NCBI GenBank assembly: GCA_963710605.1
Contig: CAVQBA010000004.1
Span: forward strand, 512,001 to 576,000
From: an uncultured cyanobacterium
Lineage (GTDB): Bacteria > Cyanobacteriota > Cyanobacteriia > Cyanobacteriales > Cyanobacteriaceae
Direction: 5' to 3'
DNA length: 64,000 nt
A program made the position numbers and the translations under genes. Below are positions 21,785 to 30,946 of the stretch, piece after piece. The notes beneath the pieces are model-generated. The model had not been told where the DNA came from, did no database searches, and saw only the letters and a list, made by a program, of their open reading frames with translations. Each line of letters starts with the position of its first letter. Positions within the stretch are counted from its first letter, which is position 1.

Positions 21785-24700
21785 ATGGCAGATTTAATCT
21801 TATCCAAACTAAAAGACGACACCAATATTACTAAAGGGCAACCAGCACAATGGGAAGCCCGAAGTGATAAAGCATTTAGAGACGTAGCCGATAGTCTTGA
21901 TTATCAAGCCCCCGGTGTGATCAAAAATGTTAGTTCAGTACCGACAATGTGGGCTCGCCCTCTGATTACTGAAATGGCTTTATATGATCAAAATCACCCG
22001 ATTCATGAGGCGATGGTAGCTCAATGGCGAGGAATGTTAGCTGTTATTGCATTAGCAGAGATAGAAGGATTTGATCTCCAAGTTCAACTAATCGACTTAA
22101 GCACTCAACGTTATCAACCCTTTGGTGAAGCACTTTATCAACTTATTCCCGAACCAATCAATGCCCTTTATACCAGAGAAGGTAAAAACCCGTGGGAAGA
22201 AGTCTATGTTTTTGTCTGGCAAGGTAAACCAGTAGGTATGACCAGCCCTAGTACTCTTGTCTGTCCATCCGAAGAAGGAAAATGGACAGGATTACGTTGG
22301 TGGCAAAATGGTATGATTCAAAGCCCCGAACCATTTTTGAACGAAGAATCAAAAGAACTACTTTGGCGATGGTTAGAAAATATTCAAAATAATCTTACTA
22401 CTTATAATGGCTCTTCTGTAGCTGTTAATAAAATGATTGGTTTGATTGTTCAATTTAGAACCGATTTAGCAATTGAGAATTCCGCACCTGCCCCTTTAAA
22501 TTTAAGTACTAATCCTAACTTTTTTGGTGAGCCAATCAATCGAGGTGCATTAGTTTTACTTAATAACCCCGTGCGAATACCGCCTCAACCTTCAAACCTT
22601 AGAGTAATCCCTAGTGCAGTTAAAACTAGTGTTAAACCCCTAATTATTATTGACGAACAAATAGCTGATTTTTGGGGGCAACCTAAACAAAATATTTGGG
22701 TACATCAAGATAAAACTTTGGCTTCATTAAATATTGAAGATTTAAAAAACGGTAGGTTAGTTTGGGATGATGTTAACTGGATTACTTCTGCTGAATTATT
22801 TCTTGAAGAATTATATTTTATTGATTTAGATGATGCTTTACCTGGTGCTATCGTACCTCAATCAAATATTCCCCTTACTTTTAACAGTGAAAAAGTTACG
22901 CCTTTAATTCCCCTTAATCCCATCTTGTTAGACTATTTCACCCCAGAAGACTTGGTTAGTCATATTGAAATTGAACCATTTAACAATATTAATGGGCAGG
23001 GGTTACGACTAATTCTCAATTTGCCCTTATCAGGTATAGCCAATCAGAAACAATTTCAAGCTTATCGTCTGCAAAAAGAATATATTTTACATGAAGAAAA
23101 CGCTTTTAAATATTTACCTGTTTTAACTTTATGGCCGAATTTTCGATCGACTAACTGGCAACAATATTATACATTTTATTACGATGGTGATTATGGTGAT
23201 GAAACCTTCCGTGTTTTTGTACCTAATCAGGAAGTACGTCAATTCAAAGCCCCTGATGGTACAGGCTCGTATCAACTAGCTACAATGAACCAAATGCCTA
23301 GTCATGTAGTCTGTAAGGATAGTTACTACAAAGATATCGGTTTAATTCTGTTACCGACACTACCAGAAATAAATTCTCGTGGTAAGTGGAATGTAGGGGT
23401 TGATTTTGGTACTTCTTTTACTAATGTTTATGTCAAGGGCGAAAATACAGGTGATTTTCCTTTAGAGATGAATAAAGAATTACAATTGAATATTACCGAA
23501 AGCCCTATCCAGACTCGTTTACCTGCTTTACTTGAAAGTTTTGTTCCTGAAAAGTTTTTACCTTCAGAAGAGCCTTTACCTCTATCTACAGTATTAACTA
23601 CTAAAAACGGTAATGTTGATGATGGAGAATTACAAGCGATTCTTGATGGACGTATGTATGTACCAGATCCAACTGAATTTGATCCGAATAAACAATGGAT
23701 AAAGTTAGATTTAAAATGGTCAAATCTGAAATATTCTAAAGCCTTTTTACGTCATTTGTGTTTACATATTTCGGCTTTAGCCACTCAAGCGGGGATGAAT
23801 AGTATTGACTGGTGTATTTCTTATCCTAGTGCTTTTGCTTATGTCGATCGACTTACATTTCATCGTAATTGGCAAGAAATCGGTGAAGAATTAGCACCAA
23901 AGACTGGTATAAGTTATTCTTGCCCTGACATTGATGATACTCAACGTTTTTGTACTGAGAGTGTGGCTTTAGCTCAATATTTTAATGATAAAGAAAAACA
24001 TCCTTTAGTTTTAAATACTTGTATTGATATGGGTGGTGGCACATCGGATGTATCTATTTGGGAAAATCGTCGTATTGTTTATCAATGTTCGGTTTTATTT
24101 GCAGGTAGAAATATTTTCTCCGAAATTTTAGCCCTTAATCCTCCTTATGCTCAAAAATTAATGGCGGAATTTAGAATCAATAAAGATTGGACAGATTTGG
24201 GTGAAGTTTCGATCATGACTAATATTGATGTAGCCTTAAGACATTATGCAGAAGAATGGTTAGCTCAACAACGAGTTTATAAAAATGATGATACTTATTT
24301 CCAACGTTTAGTTACTCTAACCGCTTTAGGTGTAGCTGGTTTATATTATTATATTGGTCTAATTTTAAAAGTACTTCATACTGAAGGTAAATATAGTAAA
24401 GCCCAAATTACACCTGTTTATATTGGTGGTAATGCGTCTCGTTTTTTACATTGGCTTTCACCAACTGGTAAATACGATCAAAATTCAGAGTTTAATCAAT
24501 TGTTGAGTTTGATGTTAAGTAAGGCTTCTGGTTTTGAAGATAGTCAGGAAAAAACTCGTCTTAGCACTCGCCCTAAACATGAAGTCGCTTGTGGTTTGGT
24601 TTTAAGTAATACTCAATTAGTGGGAATGACAGAAAATAGCGATTGAGATCCTATTGCAGGAGAGAATTATTATGTAGAATATTATGATGATGATAATGAC

Positions 24701-25120
24701 ATTGAATATAAAGAAGAAAAAAGTTCTCATTCTCGTCTCCATTTTCAAGGTAACATAACTGATTTCAAAATAGATAAGTTAGATAATCTCGAAAAATTTT
24801 TATATGAGTTTAATGCAGGAATAAAAACTCTTAAAATTCAAAGTATCAAACCTCTAGCAAAATCAGATTACAAATTACAAAAACCTCAAGATAAAGATAA
24901 AAATCAAGATAAGGATAATTATAATCTTGAGAAGGACGAAACTACGACTAAAGACAAAAATAGTGAGCTTTGGAAAGATGTAAAATACCATCTTGAAAAT
25001 GAGTTATTAGATGTAAGAGGAGATGCCACTAAACTCGGTGAAAAAACTCCTTTTATTATGGGTTTGAAATCTCTTTTACATACTTTGGGTAAACGTTGGG
25101 CTGATTCTTACAAAGAATAA
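21785..25120 (+). pseudogene. Large protein with unknown N-terminal domain and actin/Hsp70-fold ATPase domain; in-frame TGA at 24644-24646 (953 aa, or 1111 aa with readthrough/repair)
   Basis: Phosphate-1 VGVDFGTSFT, SYPSAF, TESVA, phosphate-2 IDMGGGTSD, FAGR, adenosine YIGGNAS; frame stays open 157 codons past the TGA to TAA 25118-25120. Confidence 0.85.
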
Positions 25121-25121
25121 A

Positions 25122-25168
25122 TTAGAATTCGGAATTCGGAATTCGGAATTCCGAATTTGGAATTCTAA
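25122..25168. repeat. GAATTCG heptamer repeats forming an inverted repeat
   Basis: TTAGAATTC...GAATTCTAA ends with internal GGAATTC units, directly after TAA 25120. Confidence 0.7.
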
Positions 25169-25253
25169 CTAAAGAAAATTAAAAATAAGAAATATTAATT
25201 CTCAATTCTCCACTTGTACTGAGCGTTAGTCGAAGTATTCTCAATTCATAAAG

Positions 25254-25976
25254 ATGTCTGTTTCTCAAACTAAAAAATGTCCTATTTGTGATACGCCTTA
25301 TACTCAAAGTCAAAAGCGATGTAGTCAATGTAGTTGGGATTTGACATTGTATCACGATGGTTTTTTGTCGAACGAGCAATCATTGAAAGTTCATATTTCA
25401 GCTCGAAAAATTTATAGTTATCTACAAAAATATCGTGAAATGGTTAAACAAATGCAACAAAAAATAAAATTGTCTCAAAAAAAAGAAGATGATTTACATG
25501 ATGAAAACGATCGATTAAAGCAAGAATTAGAGGAATCAAAACTATTACCATTACAAATATATGAACTTGAATTACAAATTAATAAGTTACAAACACAAAT
25601 TAAACAACTAGAGTCAGAAAAAAGAGAAAATCAGATTGAAGTTAATCAAAGTTTGGAACAATATGTAATAAATCAAGATAATCGAAATACTAGTTTTGTG
25701 TCTAAAAAAGGAATTCAAGTAACACCGACTAAAAAAAGTTTAGAAGATATTTATTTGAATAAAGCAGATGAAATCGTTTTTGAGGTATCGAATCAAAATG
25801 ATTATTGGATAGTAGAATTAGAATCAACAGTTTATTGTTTATTACCAAATAAAAATTTAGATATTAAACGTAACTTGAAAGCGATTAGACATTTTTTTGA
25901 ATTAGTTGATTATCAAGATAATACAACTTGGGAAGTGGTTAAATTAGCTTTAGTTGAAAAAATAAATATCGATTGA
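25254..25976 (+). CDS. Zn-ribbon + coiled coil + locus-specific C-terminal domain (paralogue 1); homologous frame extends past TGA to 26012
   Basis: CPIC-x10-CSQCSWDL, heptad-rich middle, DYWIV..LLPN; *WKFKTQGILQF follows the TGA. Confidence 0.85.
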   Translation: MSVSQTKKCPICDTPYTQSQKRCSQCSWDLTLYHDGFLSNEQSLKVHISARKIYSYLQKYREMVKQMQQKIKLSQKKEDDLHDENDRLKQELEESKLLPLQIYELELQINKLQTQIKQLESEKRENQIEVNQSLEQYVINQDNRNTSFVSKKGIQVTPTKKSLEDIYLNKADEIVFEVSNQNDYWIVELESTVYCLLPNKNLDIKRNLKAIRHFFELVDYQDNTTWEVVKLALVEKINID

Positions 25977-26051
25977 TGGAAGTTTAAAACACAAGGTATT
26001 TTACAGTTTTGATTATTACTAAATAACAATAAGTTATCTTACTATGAAATT

Positions 26052-26786
26052 ATGTCTTCTACTCACACTAAACAATGTCCAATTTGTGATTCAACTTGTT
26101 TATCGACAGAAACAGTTTGTACAAAATGTGGCTGGGATTTAACAATCAATCATGATTGTCATCTAGATGAAAAAATATTGCAGAAAATTCAAACAGTAAC
26201 TCGTAATGTTTATCAAAAATTCAGAAGATTAACGAAACGTTATCGCCAAGAAAGAAATGAATTAAAAACTCAAATGGATGAAATTAAAGATTTACCAAAA
26301 CAAATGTTTCAATTGCAACTACATGCTTCTAAATTAAAAAAAGAAAACGATCGATTGAAACAAGAAATAGAAAAATTACAAGTTGACAAGTTGAAGACGC
26401 AAATTGAACAATTTGACGATAAAAAAAGTAAAGACAAAATGAAGGTTGAAGAAAATATAGAGCAACATTCGATCGTTCAAGATTATCAAAATACTGATTT
26501 TTTAATGAAAAATGGTATTAAAGTAACGCCTACAAAAAAAACCTTAAAAGATATTTACTTAAATACAGTTAAGGAGATTATTTTCTATCCTGCTAAAGGT
26601 AATGATTATTGGATAGTGGAATTAGAATCAGGAATTTATGGTTTACTACCAAATGAAAATCTTGATATTAAGCGTAACTTAAAAGCGATTAGATATTTTT
26701 TTGAATTGATTGATTATGATGATAATTCTACTTCTACTTGTAAAGTGATTAAATTAGCTCAAGTTGAGAAAATAAATATCGATTGA
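26052..26786 (+). CDS. Zn-ribbon + coiled coil + locus-specific domain (paralogue 2); homologous frame extends past TGA to 26822
   Basis: CPIC-x10-CTKCGWDL; same 3' end as paralogue 1. Confidence 0.85.
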   Translation: MSSTHTKQCPICDSTCLSTETVCTKCGWDLTINHDCHLDEKILQKIQTVTRNVYQKFRRLTKRYRQERNELKTQMDEIKDLPKQMFQLQLHASKLKKENDRLKQEIEKLQVDKLKTQIEQFDDKKSKDKMKVEENIEQHSIVQDYQNTDFLMKNGIKVTPTKKTLKDIYLNTVKEIIFYPAKGNDYWIVELESGIYGLLPNENLDIKRNLKAIRYFFELIDYDDNSTSTCKVIKLAQVEKINID

Positions 26787-26861
26787 TGGAAGTTTAAAAC
26801 ACAAGGTATTTTACAGTTTTGATCATTACTAAACAACACTAAGTTATTCTACTATGAAATT

Positions 26862-27791
26862 ATGTCTTCTACTATTTACCCTAAAAAATGTCCAATTTGT
26901 GATTCAACTTGTTTATCGACAGAAACAGTTTGTACAAAATGTGGCTGGGATTTAACTTTGAATCATGATTATCATCATCTAGATGAAAAAATATTGCAGA
27001 AAACTCAAACAGCAACTCGTATTGTTTATCAAAAACTAAAAAAACTAACGAGCCGTTATCGCCAAGAAAGAGATGAATTAAGAACTCAAATGGATGAAAT
27101 AAAAGATTTACCACAACAAGTATTTGAATTACAATTACGGATTTCAGAGTTAGAAAAAGAAATAGAATCATCGTCTTTACAACAAAAAGATATTGAGCAA
27201 TTAAAGCAAGAAATATTATTAGAATTAGAAAATAAATTTAGAGATATTATTGAAAGACAAAATTTACAATCCACAGCACCTTCATCTAATGTTTTAAAAG
27301 AAAATTTCAAACAAGAAGAAAACGATAATATTCGAGCGACTGAAGATATTGATAACACTGAAAACAAACAAGAAAAAAACGATCGACATGATAATCAGCA
27401 ACCACAAATAAATAATAATGAAGAGAGTTATGTTATTAGAGAGTATTCTCAAAATACTAAAGTTTTCTCTCAATATACTTATAAAGTTACACTAACAAAA
27501 AAATGTTTAGAAAATATTTATATTAATAGAGCAAATGAAATTATATTTGAAATTTCTAATCAAAGTGATTATTGGGTATTTAATCACAATACAATACATT
27601 GCTATTTGTTACCAAAATTAGATTTTAAAATTAATATTAATATTAAAGCAGTAAGAACAATCTTTGAGTTACAACAATATAAAGAAAATAATACTTCTAA
27701 GCAATTTTTAGTTACCAAACCTGCTCGTGTTCAAGAAATAGACAATCAAAAGTGGAAATTAATCGAGCGAGGTATTCTCAGTTTTAACTAA
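26862..27791 (+). CDS. Zn-ribbon + coiled coil + locus-specific domain (paralogue 3, intact)
   Basis: CPIC..CTKCGWDL; DYWVF..YLLP..KPARV..WKLIERGILSF. Confidence 0.87.
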   Translation: MSSTIYPKKCPICDSTCLSTETVCTKCGWDLTLNHDYHHLDEKILQKTQTATRIVYQKLKKLTSRYRQERDELRTQMDEIKDLPQQVFELQLRISELEKEIESSSLQQKDIEQLKQEILLELENKFRDIIERQNLQSTAPSSNVLKENFKQEENDNIRATEDIDNTENKQEKNDRHDNQQPQINNNEESYVIREYSQNTKVFSQYTYKVTLTKKCLENIYINRANEIIFEISNQSDYWVFNHNTIHCYLLPKLDFKININIKAVRTIFELQQYKENNTSKQFLVTKPARVQEIDNQKWKLIERGILSFN

Positions 27792-27833
27792 TTTATTATT
27801 AATATTATTATGAAAAATAAAGTACAAAATAAT

Positions 27834-27860
27834 CCCCCTCTATCCCCCTTTCAAAGGGGG
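27834..27860. repeat. REP-like hairpin CCCCCTTT-C-AAAGGGGG
   Basis: Inverted repeat; related element at 41288-41318. Confidence 0.6.
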
Positions 27861-27954
27861 AAGGTTAAGGATACTTCACTTTTGTTTGAGGGGAGACTTA
27901 CAAATAATGAATGTACATCATAATGATGAAAAATTCTATATTATTAATATTATT

Positions 27955-29454
27955 ATGAAAAATAAAGTTATTCAATTAATTATTATCGGCTTTTTTTTAC
28001 CTATATTTTTAAATAGTTGTAATCAAAATAATCAGCAAACTAACCAAACTAAAAGTGAGGAAGAAAAAATAGCTGAAGTAGTTACTATCGAAGAAAAATG
28101 GAGTGATGAAAAACAACAATTATACGATACTCTTAAACAAGAATATATTGCTTTTAATCAATATTTACAGCCTGAAAGCGATTTACTAAATCTGTTTGAA
28201 GAGCAAAGTAAAACTTCACCAACTAATATTGAGTTTAATCCTTCAAATCCAGATACAAATGAAATAGTTAATTTTACCGAGCAATACCAAAAGTTTTTTG
28301 ATTCTATTAGTGAATTAGAACAAGAATTTCCTGTAGAGCAACAAAATGTAGTTGAAAATATAGCTACGCAACTGAAGCAGTCTTCTGAAGATAATATTAG
28401 TTTAGCATCGATTGAATCTTTATTAGATGACCAGCAACTAACTCAAACAGAAATTTGTGAAAATATACAACTACCTTTACAAATAATAACTCAACAAAAT
28501 GACCCTGATTGTGGTATTTTTGGTCAGCAAACTTATACCGAATTAACTAATTTTTTAATACAAGAAAATCAAGAATTAGAATTTAAAATTAATCAACTAG
28601 ATACGATTGTAACACAACTTAAAAACTCCGAGCAAGAATCTTTAAATTCTAATATTAATCAAAATAAAGATAAAACAAATATTACTCAAAGTAAAGTAAA
28701 AACTGATAATTCGTTACCTATAGTTTTGCTTACTATTACTATTATTTTTAGTGTATTAAGTTTAATTGCTAGTATCTTCAACTATTTAGCAATTAAAAAA
28801 TTAAAAACAAGCAATCAACAAGCTAATGAAAATATAGATGAAAATAACAAAACAGAAATTGAACAATTAAAGTCTCAGATTGACAGCTATCTAGAAAAAA
28901 TAGCAATATTTGAAAGTAATACTCAAAAAATTCAAAATACTTTAGAAAATCAATCTATCACAATAAGAGAATTAGAAAATAAAAATCAACCTAAAAATAT
29001 AAACCCTTCTCGTATTAATAACTTACCGCCACAAAAATTATCTTCTAATTCCGAGGTATCAACAAATACTCATTTAGCACAAATTTATCAGCAAAATCCT
29101 AATAACCTACTACAAAATGGAACAAAAGTGGGTATGACAAAACAAACCACTAACAAAATTTTAGGTGGTGTATGGGATAATATTTTTTTAGAAGAAAATA
29201 GACGTACAGGAGAATACATAATTGTTAATCGTAATAACAGCGATAATAACAAATGTTATCTGTTTTTAGATCCTCATTCAATGTTTAATCCTCAGACTTT
29301 GGGTACTATTCATAAATCAGGTTTATTTGTTTGTCATGGTAACTTAGCCCAAAGTAGAAAGGGAGGTGAAATTACCATCAATAAACCCGCAACCGTAAAC
29401 AAAACACAACAAGGCTGGATGTTGATAGAAGCAGGAGAAATTAGTTTACCTTAA
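27955..29454 (+). CDS. Predicted lipoprotein with internal TM, coiled coil and locus-specific C-terminal domain (paralogue 4)
   Basis: Start moved to ATG 27955: MKNKVIQLIIIGFFLPIFLNSC signal/lipobox; TM LPIVLLTITIIFSVLSLIASIF; ends KPATV..WMLIEAGEISL. Confidence 0.82.
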   Translation: MKNKVIQLIIIGFFLPIFLNSCNQNNQQTNQTKSEEEKIAEVVTIEEKWSDEKQQLYDTLKQEYIAFNQYLQPESDLLNLFEEQSKTSPTNIEFNPSNPDTNEIVNFTEQYQKFFDSISELEQEFPVEQQNVVENIATQLKQSSEDNISLASIESLLDDQQLTQTEICENIQLPLQIITQQNDPDCGIFGQQTYTELTNFLIQENQELEFKINQLDTIVTQLKNSEQESLNSNINQNKDKTNITQSKVKTDNSLPIVLLTITIIFSVLSLIASIFNYLAIKKLKTSNQQANENIDENNKTEIEQLKSQIDSYLEKIAIFESNTQKIQNTLENQSITIRELENKNQPKNINPSRINNLPPQKLSSNSEVSTNTHLAQIYQQNPNNLLQNGTKVGMTKQTTNKILGGVWDNIFLEENRRTGEYIIVNRNNSDNNKCYLFLDPHSMFNPQTLGTIHKSGLFVCHGNLAQSRKGGEITINKPATVNKTQQGWMLIEAGEISLP

Positions 29455-29577
29455 ATCGAATTAATTAATTATTGATAATTAATCTCTCATTATGTATTTA
29501 TCTTATAATTAGTCAAATAGTAATAATACTTAAAAAAATTAAAGTAAGTAAAATTTTTTTTGTTTGTAATTTAGATT

Positions 29578-30858
29578 ATGACGCAATCTTCTTATGATAA
29601 TGAATCTCAGCTAGAGCCTATTTATGATAAAATTCAACAACTAGATAAAAAGCTACAAAATTTAGAAAAATCTAGCCAGAAAGTAATCGTTACTGGAGGT
29701 AAGAAAAACTTTCAGCCAAAACCGCTATTCGTCAGCCAAGAAGAATTAATTAATTTATATAATTATTTACCAAATACATTGCTTGAGTATATTACTCCTG
29801 TTAATGTTACTGCTGATACCTACAGAGCAAAAACAAATAATAAAGTATATTTAGAATATAATTTGAATGGTTATTATTGGGTGATTTTAACTGAATCTGA
29901 ATCTCAAAAAGATTGTTGGTTAGTACCTAATGCCAATCGTAGAAATAATTTTCATCGTTTGCAAGACAAAATAAAATCTCTATTTATTATTCAAGGAAAT
30001 TTAGATAGTTATGATTATATTTTACAAAAACCAGCAAAAATAGAAATTTTTTCCAACGGTTTAAGATGGATTTTGATTAAGCAAGGTTGTTTACAAATAG
30101 GTAAAACTTCTCCTGCTGAGCAACTAATTAAAAAAATAGAAAATATTGAAAATAATAAAAACAAAGAAATACCAGAAATTATTATTATTAATAGTCAAAA
30201 CAAGATTAGTAAATTAAGTAATCAAATTAAAGAATATCAACAAAAAATTAATTCATTAGAAAATAATATTTATAAGCTTCAGCAAACTATAGAAAGTAAC
30301 TTATTAAGATTAAACAAATTAGAAAATCTAAATTTAAATCAAAATTACGACAATTGTTCATTATTACAACAATTAAAACAAGAAATATTATTAGAATTAG
30401 ATAATAAATTAAAAATAATTATTTCTCAACAAAATATTAATAGTTCTCAAGTAAAAAAAGAACATAATCATCAACTACAAATAAATAGTAAAGAAGAAAA
30501 AAAATTAATTAAATATTATTATTATAAAAGCGAAAAATTAGCTCACTATGGCTATAGAGTTACGTTAACTATAGAAAGTTTGGAAGATATTTACGCAAAT
30601 AGAGTAAATAAAATTATTTTTGAAAAATTTGCTCAAAGTAATTATTGTATATTTAAACTAAAGTCAGAAATTTACTATTTATTACCTGAATTTAATTTTA
30701 AAATTAGGACTAATATTAAAAGCCTAAAAACAATTTTTACAATTAAAAATTATAGAGATAACATTTCTAAACAATTTGAAGTTATTAAACCTGCCCATGT
30801 TAAAAAAATAAAATCTGACAAATGGGAATTAACAAAGCGAGGAATTCTCGAATTTTAA
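29578..30858 (+). CDS. Protein with two copies of the locus-specific domain separated by a coiled coil (paralogue 5)
   Basis: YYWVIL..WLVPN..KPAKI..WILIKQGCL and NYCIF..YLLP..KPAHV..WELTKRGILEF. Confidence 0.85.
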   Translation: MTQSSYDNESQLEPIYDKIQQLDKKLQNLEKSSQKVIVTGGKKNFQPKPLFVSQEELINLYNYLPNTLLEYITPVNVTADTYRAKTNNKVYLEYNLNGYYWVILTESESQKDCWLVPNANRRNNFHRLQDKIKSLFIIQGNLDSYDYILQKPAKIEIFSNGLRWILIKQGCLQIGKTSPAEQLIKKIENIENNKNKEIPEIIIINSQNKISKLSNQIKEYQQKINSLENNIYKLQQTIESNLLRLNKLENLNLNQNYDNCSLLQQLKQEILLELDNKLKIIISQQNINSSQVKKEHNHQLQINSKEEKKLIKYYYYKSEKLAHYGYRVTLTIESLEDIYANRVNKIIFEKFAQSNYCIFKLKSEIYYLLPEFNFKIRTNIKSLKTIFTIKNYRDNISKQFEVIKPAHVKKIKSDKWELTKRGILEF

Positions 30859-30946
30859 CTTAGAACGATCGCTTTTTGTCTTTACGATAAAAATAAAATT
30901 ATTAAATTAACTATTACTTATATTATCTCTATTTCTAATTTAGATT

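Noticed and set aside
20127-25120. Canonical ftsZ/ftsA, mreB or dnaK
   Set aside because: Lengths, motif spacing and neighbourhood do not match; only superfamily-level motifs are shared
24644-26786. Alternative genetic code or selenocysteine for the in-frame TGAs
   Set aside because: TGA is a normal stop in this window (fabG 40475, 20093, 26012); the aligned residue in intact paralogues is Lys, not Cys/Trp; no SECIS-like hairpin or sel genes seen
27886-27954. N-terminal extension of the 522-aa ORF
   Set aside because: Derives from the inserted repeat segment; the signal peptide begins at ATG 27955
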